Source: Polyangia bacterium
GTDB taxonomy: Bacteria; Myxococcota_A; Polyangia; Fen-1088
Direction: 5' to 3'
Assembly (NCBI GenBank): GCA_038257535.1
Contig: JBBSJE010000005.1
Coordinates: 1,383 to 65,382, forward strand
Length of the DNA stretch: 64,000 nucleotides
Of this stretch, positions 30,954-40,537 are shown piece by piece. Within the stretch, counting starts at the first letter, position 1, and every line of letters starts with the position of its first letter. The notes under the pieces are model-generated. The model searched no databases and was not told where the DNA came from. It saw nothing but the letters and a program-made list of their open reading frames with translations. Made by a program: the position numbers and the translations under genes.

Positions 30954-32711
30954 CTACCAGCGCTGCCGAACGCCCAGCGTCGCGGCGGCGCCGCCCAAAT
31001 TGCCGCGCACCACATCGCCGGAACCGAGCTTGCCACCTGGAATGTCCGAAAAGCTTGCCCCCACGGCGAGTTGTGTCTGGCCGGTGCCAAAAACCACGTC
31101 GACCGACAGCCGCAAGGCGCCGGTCCAGGCGGCGCCGTTGACCTGGGCGCCGAGGGTGCTGTTTTGCACCCACAAACGGGCGGGTCCAGCCTGAATCCCT
31201 AAAAACACGCTGACAGAGCGAAGCGGACGCACCCGCCACGCCGCCCCCAACAGCAGCGGCATCGCGTGGGCTCGCAGACGTGACAGCCCAGTGTTGGAAT
31301 CGATGTTGCGCTGATGTGTGACATAGCCCAGCGAACTTTGCAGAAACAGACCTTGGGGCCATCTGATCCATCGGCCGAGCTGTGCCTGGGCTTCTGCGGT
31401 GATGCCGAGTCCCCACCCGGTGTCAGCGCCGAACAGGGGCCCAACGCGGCCGAGCGCGGCCCAACTGTATTCGGGGCTGGGCGGCACAGGTAGGGCGGGC
31501 GCTTGCCGGGCAGTGACCTCCAAGCTGACTTCATGACGTGCATAAGCATTGCCATCAATGGCTTCAACAACAAGCTTGGCGTCTGCAAGCGCCTGCTTGG
31601 GAGCTGGCACCGTGACGCGAAGGCGCCCCTCGCTGCGGGTGGCATTGGCCACCGGTGCGCCGTTGATGTACAGCCGCGTGTTGGCGGTGCTGGTGGCCTC
31701 TCCCCACATGTCCTCCGCGCGCACAACAAGCGCCAAACGTTGGGTGGAGCCCACGGCCAAAGCCACGCGGTTGGGAATCATCATGAGCCTAGCTGCGGGC
31801 CCCGCCAGCAAGGCCACCTCAGCGTGGGCGGAAACGTCGGTGGTTGCAGGCGACGGTTCTGATGGCGCGGCCCCGGGCGCAGTTTCATAGGCGCGTAGCT
31901 GCATGCGGGGATGCGCGCTGAGCAAAGGCGCCGTTGCCAAAAACCGCGTCCAACCGGGCCCGCCATGCAGAGGGTGCGCGCGCCGACCATTGGCCTGTAA
32001 GGCAAAGGCAGTTTGGGGCGCTGGATTTGCGTGCGCGTCCATACCGAACACCAAGACCTCGGTGGGACGACCGTGCGTGGCGGTCTCAGGCGCCAGCACC
32101 AACAAACGCGAAAATGGGGGCACGCCCAAATCCAAAATTTCCTCCGCCATCTTTCCCACCGCGTTTGTCGTCCGCGCAACCGCCATAGACACCCCCGGAG
32201 GCACGACGACGGGCACACGCACGTCGCCCGTGGCACTGGCGCGCTTGGGGCCGAAAACGCGACCCGCCACCGTGAGCGTGACTTCTGCGCGCGGATCCGT
32301 TTGGAAAGCGGGGGAGGCCACGGCAGGCAGGGGGACAAACAGTGCCCCTGCCACATCAATGTCCGCACTTCGCATTTGGGCCGCGACGATCAAGCCTTGG
32401 GGCGCGCGCCGTGTGGGCAACACCAAGCGTCCACTCCAAGCCGCGGGGCCGCTTGGCGTAAGATCTTGAACTTCACCCGCGCTGGTGAGCATGCGCAGTG
32501 ATGCCCACGCGCTGGGCGGCAAGGGTCCGATTGATGATGTGACGGTAACGCTGACTTCCTGGTTGACGCCAAGTACGGGATCAGGCGGTGTGATCGACAG
32601 TTGCAGTCCCAGGTCTATCGGCGTAGTGCGGGCGGCTGCCTGCTGATCTCGGACGCTTTCGGCAGCGCCCGCGGCAAGCAAAGCAGCGAAGGCGAGAGTG
32701 GCCGCCATCAT
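30954..32711 (-). CDS. Secreted multi-Ig-like-domain protein with a C-terminal outer-membrane beta-barrel-like region
   Basis: Signal peptide 'AATLAFAALLAAGAAES'. The last ~170 aa alternate residues in a beta-strand pattern and end in '...ATLGVRQRW' (C-terminal aromatic). The ATG at 32711 shares ATGA with the upstream stop. Confidence 0.5.
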   Translation of the reverse strand: MMAATLAFAALLAAGAAESVRDQQAAARTTPIDLGLQLSITPPDPVLGVNQEVSVTVTSSIGPLPPSAWASLRMLTSAGEVQDLTPSGPAAWSGRLVLPTRRAPQGLIVAAQMRSADIDVAGALFVPLPAVASPAFQTDPRAEVTLTVAGRVFGPKRASATGDVRVPVVVPPGVSMAVARTTNAVGKMAEEILDLGVPPFSRLLVLAPETATHGRPTEVLVFGMDAHANPAPQTAFALQANGRRAHPLHGGPGWTRFLATAPLLSAHPRMQLRAYETAPGAAPSEPSPATTDVSAHAEVALLAGPAARLMMIPNRVALAVGSTQRLALVVRAEDMWGEATSTANTRLYINGAPVANATRSEGRLRVTVPAPKQALADAKLVVEAIDGNAYARHEVSLEVTARQAPALPVPPSPEYSWAALGRVGPLFGADTGWGLGITAEAQAQLGRWIRWPQGLFLQSSLGYVTHQRNIDSNTGLSRLRAHAMPLLLGAAWRVRPLRSVSVFLGIQAGPARLWVQNSTLGAQVNGAAWTGALRLSVDVVFGTGQTQLAVGASFSDIPGGKLGSGDVVRGNLGGAAATLGVRQRW

Positions 32712-33661
32712 GGCGCCCAAAGTTCCTCCTTTTTTACCTCCAAAGCTGGCGCGGAGGCTTCACGCTTCACCGTGCCTGTCACAGCCTTGTGCCGCCCTTG
32801 GATGTCCTGCTCTCGCACGTGCACGGCGTTGGCGCCGAGCTTCAGGGGGATTTCGGCCGAAAACGTGCCATCGGCGTTCACCTCAACTTTGCGACCATTG
32901 ATCACCACCTGTGACGAGGGCCTGGCGGTCCCTTGAATTTTCGCCGTGTCTTTTGTGGGCGGGGTTTCGGGCCAAATGACGGAGAGCAAGAGATCGTCTG
33001 GGAATTCTCGCGGCGGGCTGGGCGGCCGTCCCGGCGCCGCAACGCTTTCGGTTCCCGGCTCAATCGTGACGGCTTGTCCTTGGGCCTTGAAGTGCACCTG
33101 ACCTTCGGACACCGCCACCGCCACTTGGCCTGAAGGAGCGCGCGCCACCACCCAGCGCGATGGGCCCACGTTGACCGACTCCGTGGCGTCGGCGGCAATC
33201 GCAAGCGTTTCTTCGTTGCCCTCTACGGAGGCTGACACGTTGCCGTCGCCAGACAAGACGGAGAATTTTGCCGTCTGTTCTGCGAGCGCCTCCACGCGGA
33301 TTTCAAGATTCTGAAGCACCTCGATTTCGGTGCCTCCGCGGCGCACCAAAACCCGCGCCTGCGCAGCGGTGCGAATGATGTCCTGCAAGGACAAAAAGTC
33401 TCCTGGCTGTAAGGCGTAAGTGCGGCCATCTTGAACGCATTCCACAACGCCTTGCACGCCGGTCACGCGGAAGCGTCCGGGATCGGCTTTCGGAAACAAC
33501 GCGCGGCTCACCCGTGCCGGGCCTGGCACGCGTGGGGTGGACTTGGTCTCGAACAGCTTGCGAGATCCGATGCCTGCCAAAATGAGAACTGCGGCCATGG
33601 CCACGGCGGCACCAAGAGCCAAAACAACGGAACGCAGCCGTGGACGCGCCATGGAGGCCAT
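32708..33661 (-). CDS. Membrane-anchored FecR-domain-like protein
   Basis: 317 aa. The N-terminal TM is 'VVLALGAAVAMAAVLILAGI'. 'VTGVQGVVECVQDGRTYALQPGDFLSLQDIIRT' is FecR-like beta structure. Confidence 0.45.
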   Translation of the reverse strand: MASMARPRLRSVVLALGAAVAMAAVLILAGIGSRKLFETKSTPRVPGPARVSRALFPKADPGRFRVTGVQGVVECVQDGRTYALQPGDFLSLQDIIRTAAQARVLVRRGGTEIEVLQNLEIRVEALAEQTAKFSVLSGDGNVSASVEGNEETLAIAADATESVNVGPSRWVVARAPSGQVAVAVSEGQVHFKAQGQAVTIEPGTESVAAPGRPPSPPREFPDDLLLSVIWPETPPTKDTAKIQGTARPSSQVVINGRKVEVNADGTFSAEIPLKLGANAVHVREQDIQGRHKAVTGTVKREASAPALEVKKEELWAP

Positions 33662-35575
33662 CTACGAAAGGGGCGCGGGCCCCGCATCGATCGGGAAGGT
33701 TAGAAAAAAGCTCGTGCCGTGACCAACCTGGCTTTCAGCTCGAATTTGCCCACCATGATCCTCCACAATTTTGTGAACCACCGCCAAGCCCATTCCGGTT
33801 TCATCCCATTTTTGTTTTGTGGTGAAGAAAGGATCAAAGATGCGAGACAAATTTTCAGGTTTGATGCCGCGCCCCGTGTCGGTGATGCGCAGTTGCAACA
33901 ACTTGTGCCCTGGCATTGAGGTCTCAAGCGTAAGCACACCTCCTGCCGGTTCCATGGCGGCGCGCGCGTTTTTGATGATGTGTATGATCGCGGCCTGCAG
34001 CTGAAACCCGCTGCCGCGAATGGGGGCGCTGGGGCTAACAATGCGTTTGTCGATGCGGATGCCAACGTCAAGCAGCGAAGACGGGCCACACAGTTCAAGC
34101 GCGTCGTCCACCACGCGCGACAGATCCACGTTACGATAATCTTCTCCAGCTTGACGTTGCGACAAGCGCAGCAAGTTTGAGACGATGTGGCGAATGCGCA
34201 GCGCTTGGTCTTCAATGTCTTGGGCCATGGGACGCCAAGGGTGATCTTCGGGCATGTCGCTGAGCATCAGCTGCGCCAAGCCCAGAACCCCTGATAGCGG
34301 GTTGTTGATCTCGTGAGCAACCCCTGAACCCAAAACGCCGATGGCGGCCAAGGCGCGCGACCTTAGCAACATGTCTTGCGCCTGCTGTAGCTGTTGGGTT
34401 TTGTCGTCAACGCGCTCCTCGAGTTTGCGGTTCCAGTTTTTGATTTCACGCGTTTGGCGCAGAATTTCGGCGCGTGCGGCGTCAAGCGAGGTTGTCATGG
34501 CATTGAAGGCTTTGGCCAAATCGCCCAATTCGTCGCGCGCCCGAACTTGCAACTGGGTGTCAAGCTTGCCTTGCGACACGCTTCGTGCCGCTTGCGCCAG
34601 ATCTGCAATTCTGCGCGACAAAATGCGCCCCAAACCTGCGGCCACCAGCGCCGCCAGAAGGCCCGAGATCGACACCCAGTAAACGGTGGCGAATCCCATG
34701 CGCGCCACGGGTTCAAGCGCTTGCTTGAGCGGCCGCTCACTGGTGATGCCCAAATGAAACGGGTGCGCCGGCGCAAACGCGCCTACCACGCGGTGTCCTT
34801 GCTCGGCACGAAACTCCGCCACGAAAGGCTGATCGGGTAACGTACCCGGCAAGCTGTTGGGCAGAGTTTTCGGGCGCAAAGCCACGCCCACCTCTTGCGA
34901 CGATGTGGCCACCACGCGGCAGGCCCGGTCGAGCAACACCAAAGTTCGATCTTGCGCTTCCATCTCGCGCAGATAGCGTGCCAAAGGCCGCAGCGACACT
35001 TGTGCCAGAATTACGCGAGAGGGTTCATCAGGAACGGGATCGTAGCGAAGCGCCACGATCATCTGGGGCAGCTTTTGCGGACCAGCCAAAAACACTTCGC
35101 TTGTGGCAATGTCTTTGGCCAGAGCTTCGGCGATGGGGGCGCGCTTGGGCATCTCGGCAGCGTCGTCGGCCGTCATCGGATCGTGGGTTCCCAGCGCGGC
35201 GTTGTCACGCGGTCGTTCTTGGAATGCGGGCGGCGCAATCGCCGCGCCGCTTTGGGAGTAAACCCCCACGATGCTGAACACTTCTTTTTGGTGATAAATG
35301 AATTGCAGGAACTTTTGCAGCCGCTCGGCAGAGGGCACTTCGGTTCCACGTTGCGTGAGATCGAGCACGCGCGCCTGAATGCGCAACATTTCCACGATCG
35401 ACGCCATTTCGCCCGCCACATAGTCGGCCACTTGAATGGCCACGGTTTGTTCTTGCGCTTCAATGGCGTCACGAATCGCCGCTTGGCCAATGCGGCCCGC
35501 GAAGTATCCGGCGATGGCCATGGGGATCGCACACACGGCCACCGCGGTGATCACAAACTTGGCGCGCAATTTCAT
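33662..35575 (-). CDS. Transmembrane sensor histidine kinase (Cache-like periplasmic domain, HAMP, HisKA, HATPase)
   Basis: 637 aa with two TM segments. HAMP: 'RRIADLAQAARSVSQGKLDTQLQVRARDELGDLAKAFNAM'. H-box: 'GVAHEINNPLSGV'. HATPase: 'DTGRGI' and 'GMGLAVVHKIVEDHGG'. Confidence 0.85.
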   Translation of the reverse strand: MKLRAKFVITAVAVCAIPMAIAGYFAGRIGQAAIRDAIEAQEQTVAIQVADYVAGEMASIVEMLRIQARVLDLTQRGTEVPSAERLQKFLQFIYHQKEVFSIVGVYSQSGAAIAPPAFQERPRDNAALGTHDPMTADDAAEMPKRAPIAEALAKDIATSEVFLAGPQKLPQMIVALRYDPVPDEPSRVILAQVSLRPLARYLREMEAQDRTLVLLDRACRVVATSSQEVGVALRPKTLPNSLPGTLPDQPFVAEFRAEQGHRVVGAFAPAHPFHLGITSERPLKQALEPVARMGFATVYWVSISGLLAALVAAGLGRILSRRIADLAQAARSVSQGKLDTQLQVRARDELGDLAKAFNAMTTSLDAARAEILRQTREIKNWNRKLEERVDDKTQQLQQAQDMLLRSRALAAIGVLGSGVAHEINNPLSGVLGLAQLMLSDMPEDHPWRPMAQDIEDQALRIRHIVSNLLRLSQRQAGEDYRNVDLSRVVDDALELCGPSSLLDVGIRIDKRIVSPSAPIRGSGFQLQAAIIHIIKNARAAMEPAGGVLTLETSMPGHKLLQLRITDTGRGIKPENLSRIFDPFFTTKQKWDETGMGLAVVHKIVEDHGGQIRAESQVGHGTSFFLTFPIDAGPAPLS

Positions 35576-36936
35576 GGCGTCACCGCCGGCGGGGAGGCGC
35601 TAATCCACCGAAACACGCCGGCCCATCGTGTTCGCCCCAACAAAGGATCGATGGCCCAGACAAAGGCAGCCCCGACGCCCGGAGGCGCCAACCCGCGAAT
35701 CTCTGCGGGGTTGACCCAATCGGGGTTGAGCAATGGCGAGGCGCTCGTGGGCCGATCGCCGAACACGATGATGGTGTCGCGGTTGAACGAGACGCCACGA
35801 ACGGAGATGGGGACGCGTCCGGCCGCAGGTGCGGTTTCGGGAATCACGGCTGTTATCAAGGGCTCTGCCAAATAAGTGAAGCCGCGCCGTTCGCCCAAAT
35901 TTGCGCCCCCCGTGAAGCTCTGCAATTCAACAGAAGCGAGGCCGGGCGGGCCTGCAGGCGTGCGCCCCGCGATGGTTTGGGCGTCTATCCAGCGTCCACC
36001 GTTGGGGGCCAGCAACTGCCCTCCGATCAGAATCTGGGTGCTGGGGTCAAAGTGGCTGCCTTGTACAATAAAGTCGGTTCCACCGGCGCTGCTCCCCAGC
36101 TGGGGCGTAATGGCCGAAATCATTGGATTGGGTTTCAGCTCGAACTCGAGGATTTGGGAGGTGGCATTGGCCACCCGGGCGCCATCGAGGGCCGTGAGGG
36201 TGATCTGAAAAACATCCTTCGCCAGCGCTTCGCGGGGAACCATGGCAGCAAATGCGCAGGTGGTGGCGGTCGGCTGCGGGGCCACCTCACAGCGACCGTC
36301 CACAAGCAGCTGTTCGCGCCACTTTATTTTGTACTGCATTGCAACCAGTCGGCCGGGCGCTTGGTCTTCGGCGCTGAAAACAACGGGCAGAAGCACGCCG
36401 GGCGCCAGTGGCCGCGCCGTTGCTGGCTCTTTTACGACCAATCTGGGCGGCACGGCGTCGGGGCCCAACGAAATGAACCCTGGGGTCAGTTGAGATTGTT
36501 GACCGCGTGGATCCTGAACGGTCACGCCCACGGCGCCTGAAAACCCAGCTACGTCGGTGGGCGGCAGATCCGCTTCGAGCAGCTGCGGCGATCGCCACAC
36601 AACGTTTGTCAGCTGCACCGAGCTGGCGGGCGCTTGCAAGAAGGCCTCAAAGCCTTGTGCCGACGTCAAGCGCAGTCCTTGTTCCAGATCCAGCGTAACT
36701 CTGGGAATGAAGTTGGCTCCCTGCAATTGCACACGCGTGGGCTGGTCGTTATAGGCGGCGGGCGGCTGCACGCTTAGCAATTGAGGCTCGGGATTGCTGG
36801 CCTCGCAGGCACCCATCAAGAAGCTGGCGGTGATCCAAAACCTTGCGGTTTGCCGTTTGCGCCGGCGCGGGAAACGCCAGCTGGCCGCTGTGCCGCCTTC
36901 GAGGTGGCGGCCGTGTATGGAACCGGGGCTGCCCAT
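35572..36936 (-). CDS. Lipoprotein with repeated IPT/TIG (Ig-like) domains
   Basis: 'FLMGAC' is lipobox-like. 'LLSVQPPAAYNDQPTRVQLQGANF', 'ISAITPQLGSSAGGTDFIVQGSHF' and 'ITAVIPETAPAAGRVPISVRGVSF' are IPT/TIG signatures. The stop shares ATGA with the kinase start. Confidence 0.65.
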   Translation of the reverse strand: MGSPGSIHGRHLEGGTAASWRFPRRRKRQTARFWITASFLMGACEASNPEPQLLSVQPPAAYNDQPTRVQLQGANFIPRVTLDLEQGLRLTSAQGFEAFLQAPASSVQLTNVVWRSPQLLEADLPPTDVAGFSGAVGVTVQDPRGQQSQLTPGFISLGPDAVPPRLVVKEPATARPLAPGVLLPVVFSAEDQAPGRLVAMQYKIKWREQLLVDGRCEVAPQPTATTCAFAAMVPREALAKDVFQITLTALDGARVANATSQILEFELKPNPMISAITPQLGSSAGGTDFIVQGSHFDPSTQILIGGQLLAPNGGRWIDAQTIAGRTPAGPPGLASVELQSFTGGANLGERRGFTYLAEPLITAVIPETAPAAGRVPISVRGVSFNRDTIIVFGDRPTSASPLLNPDWVNPAEIRGLAPPGVGAAFVWAIDPLLGRTRWAGVFRWISASPPAVTP

Positions 36937-36992
36937 TGGCGTTCGATTGTATCCTGGATGCAGCGTGGGCGGGCGCTTCGTGATGCCACCGG

Positions 36993-37709
36993 TCAGTCGA
37001 AAAACGCTTCGGTGCGGATGTGTTTTTTGCGGTTGATTCCGGCGTCGATGAGACGCTGCTTCAGTTCGCGAATCATGGCGCCATTGCCTACGACGTAGAA
37101 GGTGGGGTTGTGTAGGTTGGGAAGCTGGGCCATGACGGGGTCATTGATGCGTCCCCGGTGCTGCTGCCAAGTGGCCTCAGGCTGCGACAGATAGATGCGC
37201 AGGTCGGTGTGAGCCGCCTTGCAGAGGGCGAGCAGCTCCGCTTCCAAAAACAGATCCCTTTCGCTGCGCAGGCCCCAGAAAAGATAGCGTTGGCCGCCCT
37301 GGGACCTGTGGGCCAGCTCATCCAGCATGGGCAGAATCGGCGCAAGACCTGTGCCTGTGGCGGCGAACACCACATCGCCTTCATGATGGGCGTCCAGCAC
37401 AAAAAATCCGTGCGGCCCCGTCATGTCCACGTGCTGCCCGGGCGTAAGGCTGCCGAAAAAGTTGTGAGCGGCGCCATCGGGAAGCAACTTGATCAGCAAA
37501 CGCAGCTCATGGCCGTTGCGAGACGACGATGCCAGCGAATAACTGCGCCGGATGGGCTGGGCGTGGGCGTCCAGCCCAATCGCAAAGGTGACAAATTGCC
37601 CGGGCAAGAAGCTTAACGTGGTCGGCGCTTCCAGCACGAAGCGCAGGTCAGTGACATCGGAGGAGATCAGTGTGGAGGAGGCGAGGCGGGCGCGTAGGGG
37701 GCCTGACAT
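36993..37709 (-). CDS. Ferredoxin-NADP reductase-type FAD/NAD(P)-binding oxidoreductase
   Basis: 238 aa from 'MSGPLRARL'. 'RRSYSLAS' is the RxYS FAD motif, and 'FAATGTGLAPILPML' is the NAD(P) motif. The 387-aa track ORF extension overlaps the divergent gene and is low-complexity. Confidence 0.8.
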   Translation of the reverse strand: MSGPLRARLASSTLISSDVTDLRFVLEAPTTLSFLPGQFVTFAIGLDAHAQPIRRSYSLASSSRNGHELRLLIKLLPDGAAHNFFGSLTPGQHVDMTGPHGFFVLDAHHEGDVVFAATGTGLAPILPMLDELAHRSQGGQRYLFWGLRSERDLFLEAELLALCKAAHTDLRIYLSQPEATWQQHRGRINDPVMAQLPNLHNPTFYVVGNGAMIRELKQRLIDAGINRKKHIRTEAFFD

Positions 37710-37836
37710 GGGAGCAACTTTTATAGCAGGCGGGGCGCCAGGATTGCGTGGCCAAGCCGGCATCGCCCCCAAGATGATCTTTTGACACCGCGGCGCCGGG
37801 ACTGACAAAGCCTCGGGCTTGCTGTAGTTTGCCAGC

Positions 37837-38481
37837 ATGCGCGCATCTTGGGCCCCGTTCCTGATGTTGGCTGGCGTTTGCATCGTCGGCTGTAAGTCTG
37901 AAGACTCGTCACCCAAGCCAGCGGCCTTGCCGCCTGCGCCGGCGGCCACGGTGGGCCAGCCAGAGCCCGCCAAGGCGCCTGAGCCTGTGCCCCAGCCAGC
38001 CGAGGCGGCCAGCGAGGCCGTTCCCGATGAGCCCAAGGCCGAGGACACCGTGGCTGGCTCGATCGTGCTGCCCAAAGCGCGCAAGAAAGACGTAAAAAAA
38101 GGCGACACAATGTTTCTCATCGTTCGCCGCGGGGGCGGGGGGCCCGGGCCGGGCATGATGCTGGCGGTTCAGAAGCTGACGGTTGAAGACTTCCCTATGC
38201 CCTTCGTTTTGAGCGAGCGTGACGCCATGATTCCCGGCACCAAGTTCTCGGGCGAACTAAACCTTTCGGTGCGGGTGGACAAAGACGGCGACCCCATGAC
38301 CCGCCGCAAGGGCGACGTGTTTGGCGAGCTTATCGGCGTGAAGGTGGGAGCGAAGGACGTCTCGTTGCCGCTCGACACTCTTCAGAAGGAAGACCAGGTT
38401 TTGGGAGGTGGGGGGCCCGCAGGGGCAGCGCCCCATGGCGGTATGCCGCCGCACGGGGGCATGCCACCGGGACATCCGTAG
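37837..38481 (+). CDS. Lipoprotein with a CcmI/CycH C-terminal-like domain and a Gly/Met/Pro/His tail
   Basis: Lipobox 'CIVGC', followed by a P/A-rich linker. 'KKGDTMFLIVRRGG...MMLAVQKLTVEDFPMPFVLSERDAMIPGTKFSGELNLSVRVDKDGDPMTRRKGDVFG' is present. The tail is 'HGGMPPHGGMPPGHP'. Confidence 0.55.
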   Translation: MRASWAPFLMLAGVCIVGCKSEDSSPKPAALPPAPAATVGQPEPAKAPEPVPQPAEAASEAVPDEPKAEDTVAGSIVLPKARKKDVKKGDTMFLIVRRGGGGPGPGMMLAVQKLTVEDFPMPFVLSERDAMIPGTKFSGELNLSVRVDKDGDPMTRRKGDVFGELIGVKVGAKDVSLPLDTLQKEDQVLGGGGPAGAAPHGGMPPHGGMPPGHP

Positions 38482-38513
38482 CGCGCCCGCGCGCCGCTGT
38501 GTGAAAGAGCGCC

Positions 38514-38756
38514 ATGCCCGATTACCGACAGCTGCGAGATATGGTGAGTCATCGCATCACGCTGGAATACGATACGGGCGTGCGCGTGGTGGGGTACCTC
38601 AACAGCGTTGAGCCCGCAGAAGGCCCCGTTTGCTACGCGGTGCTTGCGCCCGCTGAACTTCAAGACGCCAGCTTTCGTGTGCTGGCGCGGTTTTCCGAAT
38701 GGCCTTTGGTGCCCAACAACCTTGTGGGCATTCGCATCAGCGAAGGAGCCAGTTAA
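38514..38756 (+). CDS. Hypothetical 80-aa protein
   Basis: The ORF abuts the next gene (TAA then ATG). No motif was recognised. Confidence 0.4.
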   Translation: MPDYRQLRDMVSHRITLEYDTGVRVVGYLNSVEPAEGPVCYAVLAPAELQDASFRVLARFSEWPLVPNNLVGIRISEGAS

Positions 38757-40241
38757 ATGCGCGCGTGGATGTGGCTTGTGGTTGGGGCGGCGATGGCAAC
38801 GGCCTGTGCCCACGAATCGCCATTCGAGATCGTGGGTGTGGCGCAGGTCCGGGAGCTGGCAGAGGCCACGCATGCCCCCGAGATCGCAGACGTAATTGAT
38901 TTGGGTGGTGTTGACGTGCCCGCGCGCGGGCGGATTCGCCCCAGCGGCCGCGACGGGGTGGCTGTGGTGGGCGAGGGGCTGTGGGTGCGCGGGCAGGGTT
39001 TTGGCAGGCAACCCACGGTGTACGTGGCGGGTGCCGTGGCTTTGGTGCTGGCGCGGACCGCTGATGGCGGCATTGTTGTGCGTGTGCCCCCGGGGACGTT
39101 GGCGGGCAAGCAGACGCTGCGCGTGCGAACTTTGGCTGGGCAAGCGCAGGTGCCCCTCAATGTTCGTCGCTACGCGGTGGCGTGGAACAATTTGGGACAA
39201 AGCCGTTGGCTAGATGCCAGTGATGAGGGCCGAGGCCCCAGCGCCCTGGCACAAAGGCATTCTGTCACGCTGCCCGCCATTTCGCGCTTGGCGTTTTCCT
39301 CCGACGCCCGTGCCGCCTACGTTCTGGGATCCGATGCGCGTGAATTGTCGGTGATCGATGTTGCCGCCGATGGCGGGCCCGACAAAGTGTTCGCGCTGGA
39401 ACTTGAGGGCAAGCCCGTGTGGGCTTTGAAAGCCGCTGCGCTGGCGCCGGTGCTGGTGGTGTTGCGGCAGGACGACGTGATGGTGCTTAGCACCGTGCAG
39501 GCCGCGCGCCCGCCGCGCAGCCGGCCGCGGCCGCTACCCGCCGAGGTGCAGAAGCGGCAGCCCATTGCGGCTGCGGTAAGCCCCGATGGTCGCCACTTGG
39601 CCGTTGCGGTGGCGCAAGGCAATCAAGTGGCCTTGTTGTCGTTGAGCGAGCGGTCGGCGTTGCCGATCGAGGCTTGGCTAACCATTGACGACGGCATGCG
39701 GGCGCCGCCGATTCGTGATTTGGGCTTTGCCATGGAAGGCAACGTGTTGTGGGTGTTGTCGGGCCCCTTGATCAACGAACCTAACAGCGGCGCTATGCCC
39801 ACGACCTTGAGCCGGCTGACGGTGCAACACAGCGGCGCGCGGCCAACGCTTAAATTGCATGAAACGCATCAACTTGCCGATGCAGGCGTGCCCACAGCCT
39901 TGGGTGTGTCGCGCACACGCCCCTTGCCCAGCGGCGCGGCCATTCGCCGCCCGCCCTCGTTGGCGCGCGTGCTTGTGGGCGCGCAAACGCGTGAAGGCAA
40001 AGCGGGTGGTTTGTTTGCCATAGGCGAGTCTGGCGCCATGTTGGTGACGCCGGTGGAAGGCAGGGCGACGGATCTTCTGATCGAACCCCAAGGTCATTGG
40101 GCGTTTTCGGCTGTTGTTTCCAGCACGGGCGCTTCGCATTTGTTGTGGCTGCGTGCGGACGGTCGCGAGGCAACACCGCAAACGCTGGCCTTGTGGGATG
40201 AGAGCACGGTGACAACCTGCTGGGTTGAGGTTCAGCCGTGA
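38757..40241 (+). CDS. Lipoprotein with an IPT-like domain and beta-propeller-type repeats
   Basis: Lipobox 'MATAC'. 'VAVVGEGLWVRGQGFGRQPTVYVAG' is IPT-like. The repeats 'SSDARAAYVLGSDARELSVIDV' and 'VSPDGRHLAVAVAQGNQVALLSL' are present. Confidence 0.55.
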   Translation: MRAWMWLVVGAAMATACAHESPFEIVGVAQVRELAEATHAPEIADVIDLGGVDVPARGRIRPSGRDGVAVVGEGLWVRGQGFGRQPTVYVAGAVALVLARTADGGIVVRVPPGTLAGKQTLRVRTLAGQAQVPLNVRRYAVAWNNLGQSRWLDASDEGRGPSALAQRHSVTLPAISRLAFSSDARAAYVLGSDARELSVIDVAADGGPDKVFALELEGKPVWALKAAALAPVLVVLRQDDVMVLSTVQAARPPRSRPRPLPAEVQKRQPIAAAVSPDGRHLAVAVAQGNQVALLSLSERSALPIEAWLTIDDGMRAPPIRDLGFAMEGNVLWVLSGPLINEPNSGAMPTTLSRLTVQHSGARPTLKLHETHQLADAGVPTALGVSRTRPLPSGAAIRRPPSLARVLVGAQTREGKAGGLFAIGESGAMLVTPVEGRATDLLIEPQGHWAFSAVVSSTGASHLLWLRADGREATPQTLALWDESTVTTCWVEVQP

Positions 40242-40534
40242 CAGCTCAGCCAGGCGCCGTGCGCTTGCACGCGATCGTGACTGGACGCGTGCAGGGCGTT
40301 GGGTTTCGGGCCACGACGCACCAGGTGGCCAGCAAGCTAGGCCTGGCGGGGTGGGTTAGGAATTTGCAGTCGGGCGGCGTTGAGGTGGTGGCTGAGGGCG
40401 AGACAGACAGTTTGCAAGCGCTGGAAACGTTTTTACATCAAGGGCCTGGGGCTGCACGTGTGGCCCACGTGAATGTTCAATGGACCGCGGCTGTTGGGGA
40501 ATCTTTGCCGTTTGCCGTGAAGCCGACCATGTGA
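40238..40534 (+). CDS. acyP: Acylphosphatase
   Basis: 98 aa. 'VTGRVQGVGFRATT' and 'LAGWVRNLQSGGVEVVAEGE' are present. GTGA overlap with the upstream stop. Confidence 0.85.
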   Translation: MTAQPGAVRLHAIVTGRVQGVGFRATTHQVASKLGLAGWVRNLQSGGVEVVAEGETDSLQALETFLHQGPGAARVAHVNVQWTAAVGESLPFAVKPTM

Positions 40535-40537
40535 GGA

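Noticed and set aside
30929-31090. 5' extension of the FGase ORF
   Set aside because: The extension overlaps the 3' end of the upstream gene and is Trp/Ala/Arg-rich. FGase homology starts just after Met at 30928.
37710-38156. 5' extension of the FNR-like ORF (387 aa as called)
   Set aside because: The extension runs across the divergent promoter and antisense to the lipoprotein gene at 37837. It is low-complexity. The FAD-binding domain begins right after the Met at 37709.
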